Shown one piece after another: positions 12,393-25,267 of a DNA stretch of 44,152 nucleotides. This DNA comes from Octopus bimaculoides (taxonomy: Eukaryota). How positions within the stretch are numbered: the first letter of the stretch is position 1; the number at the start of each line of letters is the position of its first letter. A program made the translations under genes and the position numbers. The DNA is taken from NCBI RefSeq assembly GCF_001194135.2, contig NC_068981.1, forward strand, positions 170,026,878-170,071,029, read 5' to 3'. Under the pieces are notes generated by a model. That model did no database searches. It was not told the DNA's origin and worked only from the letters and a program-made list of their open reading frames with translations.

Positions 12393-13849
12393 TACACTGT
12401 TTATTTTCTATTTCTTGCTCCCCTTGTCTCTACAAGGGATTGGACGTGGTTAGATCCCGCCAGGTCTAAAATTACCTTAAATCCGTGGTATATCACGGCG
12501 ACTGCATCAGAAGATGAGGCGGCATGGCATAGCGGCTATGGCATCCTACCAGTGCTCCATAGTGTAGGTACGTAATATGCGGAGGTATTCGTCAGTTTTT
12601 AAATTCTCAGTTTACTTACGTCCTTTTCTGTTTTTTTTTAGTTTTTTTTGGAAATGCGTTTTATAATCTCTCTAGTTGGTAGGTACAATGTAGGTTACTT
12701 TCTCTCCAGTTGATTGGTAGACAGTACTGAAATCCCTTCCTATGTCAGGAATGAGCATTTATTAAAGAAAATACTTTCAGCGGGCAGGTATATTTGATAT
12801 CAGCGTCGGTTCTGTGTTGGGTTTAAATATCTTGCAATGTACGGTTCTGACTTCGCCTGATTCGATTTTACTCTTCATCCGTCTAAGATCCATATAATAA
12901 GCTCAGTATGTGTCTTAATTGTATCTACCACACCACCTGTATTCTATAAATTCATGGCTTTGTAGCTACGTTAAACGGAATTATTTCTGGTTGAAAATGT
13001 TGTTTACTTTTGAGTTTTCACCTAATTTTAGAGTGTGAACCTATTTTCCCAATTGACTGAAGACTCATTTCTCTCTTGTATCCTAAAGAAAAGCAAAATC
13101 ATATGTTCATGGCTTCAAGTGTTCTGCTGTGAAGAATCTCAACATTTGTTTCTTAGCTGAAAGGATATTGTAAAATCAGTGAACTCCACTTTAGTATATT
13201 AATGTTAACTAACTTTTTTATCGACCAGAAGAGTGTGAAAGCCAATGTCGGCTGAAATGTGAATTGGCCACAAAAATATCGTGATAATGAATTAAATAAC
13301 CTAACATTACAATGAAAGAGAGTCGAGCAGCTAAATAGCTCTAATAATCTAGCAAAGTATGCTACACTCTTCACCTCAACAACAGCAACAGCAATAACAA
13401 GCACAAAAACAAGAACAATAACGAAAACAACAACATCAACTACAACTCCTTTCCATTTCATTGTAATGTTATTTCGTCATTGTTTCCCCATGCCGGATGC
13501 GATAACGTGTTGTATAAAAGCTTAACATCAATGCTTTAAGATTTAATGCTGGCTATTTGAAATCAATGCCTCCATGTTGTTTTTTTAAATCAATATTTTA
13601 GTATCAATTATCATATGAATATAAGCTGTTTTTATTCATTTTAGAAATTTAGAAGAAAAACAAAAACGCAAATATTCTCGAATAAATGAATGAATCTAAA
13701 ATGAAATGCTGACATTTTGCTGTTCATATTTTTATGATTTTTAAGAACATTTTCTCTTCACCCGGATTTTCACATCACACCAAAATGTTTTCAGAAAATA
13801 TGTGTGCGCGTGAATATGCATGGAAAGAGAGAAACAAAATAAAGATGAG

Positions 13850-13865
13850 TTAGATAGATAGATAG

Positions 13866-13952
<87 letters not shown>
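13850..13952. repeat. (GATA)n + (GA)n microsatellite
   Basis: Direct reading. Confidence 0.97.
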
Positions 13953-13957
<5 letters not shown>

Positions 13958-15556
13958 CGTGAGTGAATGCTGTCAATCAACAGTTAAGTCATTAGGTTAC
14001 TATTTTAAGTCTCCTTGTCCAAATAGTATACCTGGCACAAAATACATTTTTATTATCTTATGATCCACTTTTTATCTACATCTAATTGATAAAATATACT
14101 GAATTAGAGAGTTCTTATTGCTATTTCGCTGACGATCGTTTATTGTCGATGGGGTAGGACAATCGAGGCTTGAATAAAAGTGTATAAGACAATATTCAGA
14201 TAACGCTGGTAACTGATATAATACAGTGAACAATTCTTTAGAAAGACAAGAAATCTTTGCATGGACCAGCTGCAGAAGAGTAAAGAACAACGTAAAATAG
14301 TCCAACTAATGGCTGCTACTATATTTCTACATGAAACTAACACTGTCAATCTTTCCGAAATGTAAATGGCTTGAGTCCTTTTACTTGAACTTGCTGGATT
14401 TGTAAAATTAACTATAGGTATATACGATGGTGTAAGCTCAGTTTACAACAGCAAGAACAATGTCAGTTACATGACTAACATATTTCATTAGTATTTGATT
14501 CTGAAACCGAGCAACTGAGGTGATATATAATCCTGGAATCAGAAAATGAGGCAAGCCGTCACTATCTATCTTCATACAACACAATAGTTTAAACTCGTAA
14601 CAGATACACTGTAACATATGAAGTATGCCTTCTTAGTTGAAACAAAATCTAATCTTATTGAGAAGAACGAGAGCGTTATAATGCAGTGGAGGAATGTAAG
14701 ACAGGACAATCGTTGATATCCGCTCGATTTTTGCTTTAAATGGTCACAATTGGATTCTGTTCACTTTTACGTAATAGGTAAATATGGATTTAATCTGAAG
14801 GCGGGCTTAAAACCAACGCTTGGCCCTAGAGTTCTTTAACGAAGTGCATTCTGTCATGTGCCTGGCGGAAATTTGCTTCCTTCTTCAGCCAGCGTGATGG
14901 AAACCTTTAAAAATGTTCATACTCGCTGCTCTTGCTAATTCAAAATAAATCTATGTTATATAATATGAAACGTGAATTTTGATATAAATATTTAGATCTT
15001 GTAACCCTGCAATGTGATTATATTTGTAAATTAAGCCAAATTCGTAATGCATTTTAGATAATTAAATTTATCCAGCATAAAGTTAATTCCTTAAAATCGC
15101 ATTATCAAATTCTAATTTATGGAGCAAGCATTGAAATAATCCCTTAAAACCAATACTGGGATATATTCAACTGAGTAATACTGCTAAACCAATATACGAA
15201 ACTTGGAGGATTAAATTAATCTCTAAAACTAATTAACGTTTAACATTTCCTTATACTCATCCACAGTTACCAACTGAGCCAAAAGCGTTCATGATATAAT
15301 GTAATAACTTATTAATCATGTCAATGTTTTAAACGTGAAACAGACAAAAATGAAAATAAAGCAAAATAAATTAAAAAATACTCATATTGTATACATAAAA
15401 ATATAACGAAACAGCCTAATTGAAATTCACTCATACAACTAATTCCAGTAGATGTGTTACCCTATATATACATACATTCATACATACATATATACATACA
15501 TACATACATACATATATAAGTGTTTGTATGCATATATATATATATATATATATATA

Positions 15557-17570
15557 ATTCTGAACGCCACTCCTTGTTTGAAAAGCTAGTCAGAGCCTTC
15601 AAGTAGGTTGAAACAACTTCCACAGTTTGGGCGTCCACATTTTTAACCGTTGGTTTCGTGGTTGTTGGGTAAAACTTCGCATTTGTTAGAAGTCTCTTTT
15701 GCGATTTGTGTTGCTTTTTGCGTTTGATGAATTTTTGTGCTTTCAGGTTGTTTATTTTTGGGACTCTAGTTAGTAAAGGGAGATTTTGCACAATAGTATT
15801 GTATACCTCAGTTTTTCTAGGGTTGTGAGTTGATATATACAGTAGTGTTTTGAAATGAGGTGTTGTGTTATGTCTTGCAATTAATGTTTTTATGTCTAAT
15901 TTCTTGGCACGCTTAATTCCATCCTCTATAAGTGAGGGTGAATATGGCCTTTCAGTTAGTGTTTTCTGAGGTCTTGAAGACGAAGGTCCCGAGTAGATCC
16001 ACCAGACACTATTGTGTAAATCCTTTTTGCCAAATTGAAGGTGATATTTATTTTGATGTGTTTCGGGTGGCATGACCCAAAAGAGGAGATATTGTTTCAA
16101 GTCAGTTGGTTTATGATAGATGTCAGTCATAATTTGGTTGTTGACTTTTTTTATCATAATATCCAAAAATGGGAGCGGTTCTTTGCTATATTCCATTCCA
16201 TTGTGAATTGAATATTACTGTTTATATGATTTAGTGCTGATTTGAATTTCAAAAGTTTATCAATGGTCTCTTTCCAAATAATAAAACAGTCATCCTGGTA
16301 TCTTTTCCAGTTTTCTCTTATGTAATGATGAAATGGATAACCATACTTTTGCATTGACACTTCATATATGGTGATTTCAAAATAACCCATTATCAGGTTT
16401 GCAAGAACAAGGACTGCATTCGCTTCCATCGCAATACCGCATTTTTGACGATAGTAGGTGTCATCAAATAGGAAATAATTGTTCTGAAGTATAAATTTTA
16501 AAGGCTTGATTTATGCATTCCGGAAGTACTTCGGGGTACTTTTCCAATCAGAATTTGATTTTTTTTTATCCCATAGTCATGTGGGATGTTGGTGTAAAGA
16601 TTGATAACATCGAAGGAAACCAATAATGCCTCTTTATTAATTGATTTTGGTAGATACCCTAGTATGTATAAATCGTCTCTAATGAAACTTTTGATGTATT
16701 TCAGTAAGGGTTTCAGTATGATATCTAGAAAATTGCTTAGGCAGTGGGTTTCACAGGCTGGGCCATCTACAAGGGGCCTTATCTTTAAGTCTTCTGGCGC
16801 TTGGATATTTATGTATTTTCCTGGTAATTGTTTGCAGGCTTCATTAACTATCTTGCTCTTGTGTATTTTAGGTAGGCCGTAAAAGGACTAGATTTACATT
16901 TGAAGTTCTTGATGTAATCTGTTTCTTTTTCTCTCAGGCCTTTTCTATCTAGATATATCAAGAATGCAAGATTTTCCACTGTTTTTTGTTCTTTATTGTT
17001 TACAACTTTTTCGTAGAAGGCATCGTTTTCTAGCATGGATAATACTAAATTTTAATATTATTCTGTGTCCATCAGAACTACAGCACTTTCTTTGTCTGCT
17101 TCTTTAATTGTCAGGTCTTTGTCGTTTTGTAGGTCAATTAGATTTTTTCATTCTAGATTGTTGAGGTTTGAATTAATTTTTGGTTTATGGAAAGTATATG
17201 GGAAATTTTGGATATGGTCGCAGACGTCATCTAGTGTTTTAGTCCTACATTTAGATGGAAGGTATTCACTTCTTTTTTTTTTAACCAGTGACTCATCCTC
17301 GTTGTTGTCAATTTGTGCTCCTGTCGAAATGTTCTACAGAATTCCGAAATATCGTTTTTAGTTTCATTATGGTTAGATCTTCGTCGGGTTGGAGTAAACT
17401 TTAATCTTTTAGCTAGTATACTGAGTTTTGTTGCAGAGAGAGTTTTCTTTTAATGTTATGAATAGCAAAAGCGAAACCGGTCAACAAACACAATATGGGA
17501 TATAATAAAAATTATATTAAAACTATGTAAAGTGTGTGCATTTTCTTTCTTTCATTCCTTATATATATTA
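15557..17570 (-). mobile_element. Penelope-like element 1: decayed RT ORF, 3'-truncated before GIY-YIG, inverted terminal repeat at its 5' side
   Basis: Minus-strand motifs: LSILAKRLKFTPT, TIKEADK, YGLPKIHK, VSFDVINLYTNIP, GIAMEAN (GIAMG-type), WKRYQDDCFIIW, PFLDI, DIYHKPTD, CHPKH, linker KCGRPNCGSC across a frameshift. 17448-17570 on the plus strand is homologous to the 3' repeat of PLE 2. Confidence 0.93.
17454..17486 (+). ncRNA. Minimal type I hammerhead ribozyme motif, A3-U8 core variant
   Basis: TGTT-ATGAATA-GC AAAA GC-GAAA-C CG G-TC-AACA: stem I TGTT/AACA, 2-bp stem II, GAAA intact, palindromic CCGG helix III, GUC cleavage triplet (predicted cut after 17482). Located in a PLE terminal repeat. 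Confidence 0.72.
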
Positions 17571-17627
17571 CAACTCACTACATGGGGATAATCAAAATTC
17601 GTCCCTTTCCGTTACTATATATATATA

Positions 17628-17728
17628 NNNNNNNNNNNNNNNNNNNNNNNNNNNNNNNNNNNNNNNNNNNNNNNNNNNNNNNNNNNNNNNNNNNNNNNNN
17701 NNNNNNNNNNNNNNNNNNNNNNNNNNNN
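17628..17728. other. Assembly gap (101 N)
   Basis: N run between (TA)n and (TG)n. Confidence 1.
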
Positions 17729-20700
17729 GTGTGTGTATGTGTGTGTGTGTGTGTGTGTAAGAACGGGAAAACAATTAAACGTTGCAACAAGGTCCAGAAG
17801 ATCCGGCAAACAAAATAGGCAAGATGAGACGAGTCAAGCAGGCTACTAACAGTAAATGAACGATTGAATTGGTGGTCGATGAGTATATACGACTAACCTT
17901 TCAACTGGCATCAAAATGTAAAGAAGCTGGTAGCTATGAGTCAGTAGAAAAGCCACACAAGAATGAAAGTGATGAGTTATCGTGTGATTTGTGATAAATT
18001 CAGAAATGTAAATTCTTAGGTAGCAATACCATTTCTTAGTCATTAGAATTATTAATAACCTGTACAGAAGTATTCATTATAGTGGAAAGCTAGGTGATGT
18101 AGTGGGAAGATGAGATAGTGTACCATACTTTTAAATAGCTTCATGAATTGAGCATGCATTGATAGAGAGTGTGTAAAGTGAACCGTACCAAATTTTAGTC
18201 AAACATCAAATATCAAAATATATTGTTAAAATGTAGCAACAGAAGTAATCTATACTGCTCAGTTTATGGTAATTTGGTGCTAAGTGTCGGAGTATAGCAC
18301 ATGTCGTGTTTGATTTCAAGTGTTCATTTGTCAGGGACAATGTTTTGAGTATGAATTTTATAGTATATAAATGTTATGTCTCAAGCTACTGCTATCTAGC
18401 ACCTTCAGATGATCTCTACTCAACCGCTATTCAACTGTCAGTCGACTCCTACCACGGTCAGACTACCTCTATTTATATGTCTTGGTCGAACCCACTTCTT
18501 CGATTGGGGGCATCGACACAACAATAAACCATCCCTGCTCATGTCAAATAGCTGGGTATTGCTGTTCTGGTTGTAACTGATTTTATGTAAAGTTTAATGT
18601 GCAGTGAACATATTTATGTTGTCTCCCGAACAGTATCTAATCTTAACCGCATGCATATTAAAGATTGTATGGTGCAGTGAGAAAATCCGTCATTATTTGC
18701 ATCAAGAAGCTTTGTGAGAAGAGAAATTTAAACTATACGCTAGTTTGAACGGTATGATTGTCCTGCTTCTTAGTTGTGTTGCAGGGATAGGATCAATGTG
18801 CTTCATCCTATCATTAAAGCACTTCTCGTCAGCGTACAATTCTGATGAAGTGCTTCTCTCTCATTTCTTCGTTTGAGAATACACTAAAAAGATGCCTATT
18901 TTTACATGTCTGGTTTATATCAGTATGGTAGATGGAATAAATAACATCAGTACGCCAAGCATTGAGCATTTTTAATCTTGCTACCTGCACTTTAACATTC
19001 TGAATCTAATTTTCGTATTTGATCTGCGTTGATGCAACATAATGTTGTATATCCCACCTAGCATTGTATTGTAATATATTGTAAAATTGTCGAAATTAAT
19101 TTATATTTATTTCATATTTGTCAGGTGAAATTTTGTCGTAGTTACTAATGCTTATATTCTAAATTATTGTTAACTATGCTTTAAGCTCTTTTGATATATT
19201 AAACCTTGTATTATCTTATCTAGAATATCCAGAAGTTTGACAATAGCAAGTCTAACATTTCATATAAATACTGCATATCATTACATAGTTGAAATCATGA
19301 CACGTTGCGTTCAAACCGCTGAATTCCGAAGCCTCGTTGTAAAGCTTTTACCGCTGTTTCTTTGACTTAAAGCTATTTGATGGCACGATCCAAGACATAG
19401 AAAGGAATTCAAAGATATTTCTCAAATAAGTACTGTGTGTAATTTTCGAAGATTTAAAAAAATACTTTTCATATTTATCATATAGAATTTTATCGTGGCT
19501 TCTTATACTCTAAATTAATGTTATCTGTCGTTGACTATAGTTGTCGTTTTCAGTCTCGCGTTAGACTTATCAAGACTTATCCTCAGTTATTTTTTTCTTA
19601 ACAGCTTAAAAAGTGGTTTTAAAAGTCATTGGTTTACTTCCTAGTGAAAGTTAAAATGTTTATGTTTAAATTATAAAACATAGAAAACTAACAGAAAACT
19701 GTGACATTCTTTGTTTTATTTATCATGCTTGCTTGAAACAATGCGGTATGATAAACTTTAAAAATATTTTCTTTCAATGTTGTAGTGTATACGTGATAAA
19801 CACGCTCTCATTTCTTCACCAGTGCGTTGGACAGTGAGTGGTTTTTCACATTTAATATAATTCCATGAAGAAAATCCTAGCTCACGTTAATACAATGTTG
19901 AAAATTGAATTAAAATAGACTAAGTTGTTTTAGTTACTGATGGATATTTTCCTCTGAAGGAAAACCAAATCTATGCAAGAGATTAAACATTATATTTGGT
20001 TTTTGGTCTACTATCAGTGGAAATCAAAGTCAATTTTTCCCTCAGATAATTTCAAAACAACATAAGTTAGAATTTCGATGAAAGGGCTTCCATCCAATTG
20101 TATTTCTCTTTGTTTAATGATGGAATATAAAAGCTCAATTTCTCTTCTAAAGCTGTCAAATATGGAACTGTGTTAAAAGCTATTTCCTGTATATATCCTT
20201 TATTTTCACTTCGTTTGGTAAAAGCTTCTCTACTGAAAATACATTTAATATGAATTTTCTCAAACAACCGTATGTTTATCATTCTTCTTTTTAAAAGGAA
20301 ATGATACTTTACATGACTTGATGTAAGAATCATTTGAATTCAAATCCCAACGTTTTTGAAGTCAAAGTCTCCCTATGTAGGAAACTGAGAATCATAAAAA
20401 AATCCAAACTGCTCTATTTTTACAAGTACTGTATGTTCTTTCATGCAACCTTCGATAGAAGAAAAGCAAGCAAAGCAAATAAAAATACATAACAATTCTC
20501 CTTTTTCAGGTAGTCTATGGGCTTATCAAATTTCAAGGCAAAATTTCAATATCAATACTCATCCTGTTACACATTCTCTCCGATACCTGCAGACAGGTAA
20601 ACAGGTATCTATAAAGTGAATCATGTGCGACATGAATTTACTAATTTCTTTTATGGGTATGTGTGTATGTATGTATGTATGAAGGACCGCCCTAAAACTG

Positions 20701-20959
20701 TGCAAAAGATAATGCAATGGATATTGAAATATATGTATGAAAACGAGGATGGAAACAAAACTGCGTTTTCCATATTACGTTAATTTCCTATATTTCGGCG
20801 TTTATATCTCTTCGTTAGGAGAAAATGGAAGATGGTTTCGAGTTGGAATCTTTTGTTCAGATATGTGGGAGGGGAAGGTTTTAAAAGTTGGGAGCAGAAT
20901 GGTATAGTTGTAATAAGCAATTTACTTCGTGTATGTCTCAACTATTGTTGATCGATAAT

Positions 20960-22260
20960 TTTAGTTTATGAATGAGAGGTCCGACTGCCAATATTAGCTG
21001 TTAAGTCCCAACTGTAGCACGTCTCTAGATTGTTTTTGAATGATGTGTTTATTTGATGTAGTTATGTAGCTTTTGGCTAGAATGTGCTATACAATGACCT
21101 CAACATTTAGTGCAGTTTAGTAGGGCTTCAAGCACATGTTGATGTGGAAGCAGACCAGTGTGCACGTTGCATAGTTGTGTATTGATTGATTTGTAGAGAG
21201 AATATTCACGAATAAAAGACCGGTGTGCATCATTTGTAAGTTCAGGTACTCTCTACTGATCACTCGTTGATTACAGCAAGATTGTATCAGAGAAAAGGGC
21301 ATTCTTAGGAAGCATATGGTATCTCTGGAAGTGTGAATCTTCCTTTAATGCATACATGCTTTCTGGTATTGGGGCAAAATATGGAAGGTAGCCGTTATTT
21401 CGTAGCCTTTGAAATAGCTTGTGTTCTAGGCTTGATCTTCTGCTTCAAGAACCTATTGCTTATCCGGGAAATTTCGGTTTGTATGTAGGTGGCTTTGCCT
21501 ATTGCCACGTAGTTCAATTCGTAGAGCACAAACAGATACCTCTTGGCCTCCTTCGTGTAGAATTTGTGCATAATGACACCACCTCAATATATAAATATAA
21601 ATGCATAAATGCGAAACTAGTTTCCACTCGCTTCTCGATTTCAAACTCAAGATTATGGGACGGGCGAAGACAATAATATGCACAAAGCATATGGCTTATT
21701 ATGACCAAACATCTTTTATAAACCGTCTGCTGTCATGTGCAGGTGAAACATTGTGTCAACTACACTTCATTATACTCTAATGTTTGATGTATGTCACTTT
21801 GTAAGTTCTTAGCATAAATTTAGGTAACTGACTAAAATTCATCTTGTTTTTGTTAGAATAGTGTTAGGAGACTGAGTGATTGACGTAAATGCTTTTTCTA
21901 TTCACCAGCTTTAGCTTTACCAAACGCTTTCTATGTGTCTATGACGGCCATGGCTGCTTTCTTTGCTGAGTTTGAGATTGAATTGTTAAGTAGTGGCTTA
22001 TACCATTTTACATTCTTCTCCCTACTTTTCTTCGGATTCTTATTCGTTGCTAATCGTGAATTCTGAGGCAGCATGTTATCATTACCTGCTGTCGTGGTCC
22101 TCAAGTAAGTTAAATTCCGATTCCAGCTTGGAGATTTTAGATGATCAGGTTAGGTTACACATGCTTATATGATGGGTCTTTTCGTAAATGGCTCTTCTGA
22201 ATATAAATTATGTTAAGCATACTTCTGTTGAATTTACCGTAGTCATATCCCCTTCAAACT
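20960..22260 (-). mobile_element. Old, heavily decayed Penelope-like element (different family from PLE 1/2)
   Basis: Minus-strand remnants in PLE order: EGDMTTV (DKG-like), RFIKDVW (RYVDD-like), HNLEFEIEKRVETSFAFMHL (FTxE..PFLD-like), KFYTK, RLRNNGYLP, LNCTKC*GHCI (GIY-YIG CxxC region). Many stops and frameshifts; boundaries approximate. Confidence 0.58.
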
Positions 22261-23094
22261 AAATTTCAGCAACGCTCTTGAATGCTCACATGCATAGATT
22301 CTTTTGACTGATTTCATTTCTAAGATTTATGTTTTACTGACTATGAAGAAATCACTTTTTGCCGTACTAATTTTATAGTCTTTTAGTGCAATGAAGCTTG
22401 GCTTTTAGCGATACAGATTAGTTTATGATAAATGTTGTGTATTGTGTACGGTTCGGTGTTTATTTATTTCTATATGCTGTATTTTTTTCTAACAACTTGT
22501 GATGCTTTTGTGTAAGATATTTCTGTAAAGTATCTTTGCATATCTTGCATAAGTTACTTGTTTTGTCAGCACATGTGAATAAGTTTTTAGAGAATTTCAT
22601 TATCTTTTTTGTATCGGATTTAGTTTTTATATTTGAATGTTATGCTTTACATCCGAGTTATACGTTTTATAACCTTGGATAGAAAATCTATAAAACGTGT
22701 TCTTATGTACTAGGAAAAATATACATCTTCTTATTTGTTGTAAAAAAAATAACTATATATTTTATTTATATCTGAGAATATACAATCTATAAATCCTATA
22801 AAAACTGCGAGGTTTACTGGCGCAGAAAACAAAAATGAAGGAAGAATTATCGAATTTGAGAGCAATAAGCTGGGACCAGAACAAACTGTCCAATACGATA
22901 ATCTTTGCAAGCTGATAACCTGTATGTCACTAAAATTGCCATAAGAGTTATTTTTTCAGAGGAAATGCATGTTGGATAAAGAAGCTGGAGATATTTATCT
23001 TCATGTAACTCATGTTCAACTTTGACTCTTTTTCATATAACACATACTCAACTTTGACTGCCTACATACGCATACAAACAAATACAAAAGCACA

Positions 23095-25265
23095 GGCATA
23101 TATATAAGGAAAATAAACACAGCTTACATAGTTTTGATATATTCTAAATGAAAAAGTATTGTGGTTGTCGACCGGTTTTGCTTTCGCTAATCATGACATT
23201 GAAATTATTGCTATTTTGTATTTTCTTAAGTAGATTTTAGTCGATGTTCTTGTAATCAAAGTTTGTGAATGTATCAACAAGTAGAAAAACTTAAGGAGAG
23301 GTAAATGGTGATAGTTATTACTGGGGAGGTAATTGTTCATTTTTGGGGTGGGATAATTAAACATACAAAAACTCATAAGCTGAAACACTGAGATGAAATA
23401 TGTACAGTGATACATATGTGATAATGAATTAAATATATACTGAGACTAAGTTTTGTTATGTGTTCATATTTAGTCATATTCAGCATTTTCCGATAAATAA
23501 ATTTTCCTTATTTAAACGTTCTTGTACAGAATCGTTTCTCTGCACTGGTAGATGGGGAAAACTGTGAAATTTTGTTGGAGACTCCCTACACATCTCTCTT
23601 GGTGTTCACTCAAAGGTATCTGTCTATACTTTAGGAAACGGATTTGTTTTATTATGTAGTGTGGTTCTCCGTCCAAGTGCCATACTTGTCTGCTCTCTAC
23701 AGTTATGTCCACAACGTGTACAAGTTGTAACATGAATTAAATTTTCGGATGACCAAGTGAAGTTGGTCTTAATTGTGAACCTCTCTTCTTGTCTAAATTG
23801 GAATTCCGAGCCTTCCAGTAGGTTGGGGCATGTTCCGGAGTTTGGATGTCCACATTCTTTTACCATTGGTTTCGTGGTTGTTGTGTAAAGCTTCGCATTT
23901 TTCAGAAGTCTTTTCAGCGATTTGGGTTGGGTTTTTTTCATTTGATAAATTTATGTGTTATTTATGCCTTATTGTTTCTAAGGTTGTGTGTTGATATATA
24001 CGGTAGTGTTTTGAGAAGAGTTGAGACGTTTCATTTTGTTTCCCCAGTGTTTTAATGCCTATTTTCTTGGCACATCTAATTTCAACATCTATAAAGATAG
24101 TGTCTATCAGTTAGTGTTGTTCTGAGTCTTGAAGACGGAGGTCACGAGTATTTCCATCAGACACTATTGCGCAAATCCTTTCCGCTAAATTAAAACGAAT
24201 ATTTCTTTTGATGTGTTTCAGGTGGAATGAGCTAAACAAAAGATATTGCTTCGAGTCCGTTGATTTATGATAACTGTCTGTTACAATTTGGTTGTTGACT
24301 TTTTCTATGAGAATATCTAAGAAAGGGAGCTGTTCTTTGCTATATTCGATTTTAAACCTATGTTAAGGCTTATACTATTTATTATTCACTTAAATTCCAA
24401 ATGTTTATTAATGTTCTCCTTCCAAATGATAGTCATCCAGTTATCGTCTTCAGTTCTCTCTTATATAATGGTATTTTTGAAGTAACACTTCATATAAGGT
24501 GAATTCAAAATATCCCATTATTAGTTTCGCAAGAACAAGGGCTACTTTCGATCCCATCGCAAATCCATACTTTTGATGATAGAGGGTGTTACGAAATAGG
24601 AAATAATTGTTCTGAAGTATAAATTTTAAAGTTTCAATAATAAAAACCTGGTCTATGTTTACCGCAAGTCCTTCAGAGTACTTTTCCAGCCAGAATTCTA
24701 TTGCTTCTATTCCACACTCATGTACGATATTGGTGTAAAGAAGGAAGCCGATAATATCTCTTCATTAGTTGTTTTTGGTAGGTGCTCAAGCATATCAAAA
24801 TCGTCTATAATGAAACTTTCGATGTATTTCAGCAAGGTTTTCAGTAGGATGTCTAGAAAATTGCTTAGACGGTGAGATTGTCAGGCTAGGCTAGCTTTAA
24901 TGGGCCTTATCTTTAAATATTCTGGCTGCTGATTGTTTCCAGCCTTCATTAATTATCTTCATTAATTATCTTCCGCTTGTGTATTTTAGGTAAGCTGTAA
25001 AAAAGTTATGTTTACATTTAAATTTCGTGATATGATGTATTTCTTTTTCTATCAGGCCTTTTCTATGTAGATGAATTAAGGATGCAAGGTTTTCTTTTAC
25101 TGTTTTTTTGTTGTTTATAGTTTACAACTTGTTCGTAAAAGGTATCGTTTTCAAGCATAGGTGATAGTAGGTTTTTGTAGTATTCGGTGTCCATCAGGAC
25201 CACAGCATATTGTCTACTTCTTTGATTGTCAGTTCTTTGTCGTTATGCAGTTCAATTACATTTTC
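23095..25265 (-). mobile_element. Penelope-like element 2: 5'-truncated RT + GIY-YIG + 3' terminal repeat; same family as PLE 1
   Basis: Colinear nucleotide similarity to 15560-17120. LDD catalytic remnant, linker ECGHPNSGTC, ENLIHVTTCTRCGHN (GIY-YIG), FTVFPIYQC, KENLFIGK; 3' repeat with hammerhead at 23166-23198. Confidence 0.92.
23166..23198 (-). ncRNA. Minimal type I hammerhead motif, A3-U8 variant, probably inactivated (G12 to A)
   Basis: Minus strand TGTC-ATGATTA-GC GAAA GC-AAAA-C CG G-TC-GACA; stem I covaries with the 17454 copy (TGTC/GACA vs TGTT/AACA). Confidence 0.65.
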
Positions 25266-25267
25266 GA

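Noticed and set aside
12400-12900. GC-richer stretches that may be an old LINE 3' end
   Set aside because: No motif could be assigned with confidence by eye; needs RepeatMasker/HMM search.
14242-14361. Possible 120-nt plus-strand exon (KTRNLCMDQLQKSKEQRKIVQLMAATIFLHETN), faintly like coatomer epsilon LMAASIYLHD
   Set aside because: AG/GT boundaries exist but similarity is a short motif and no other coatomer epsilon exon is visible in the window. The overlapping minus-strand ORF 14072-14305 is equally unsupported.
21600-21626. GCAT-AA-ATGC-GAAAC-TA-GTT, resembling a hammerhead 3' half
   Set aside because: No core upstream, and it lies within the coding remnant of the old PLE on the other strand.
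23740-23860. Possible selenocysteine (UGA) recoding in the PLE zinc-binding region, as known for some Naiad PLEs
   Set aside because: The Cys positions read TGT, TCC, TGC and TGG, not TGA; TGA stops elsewhere are at Trp or random positions, consistent with decay.
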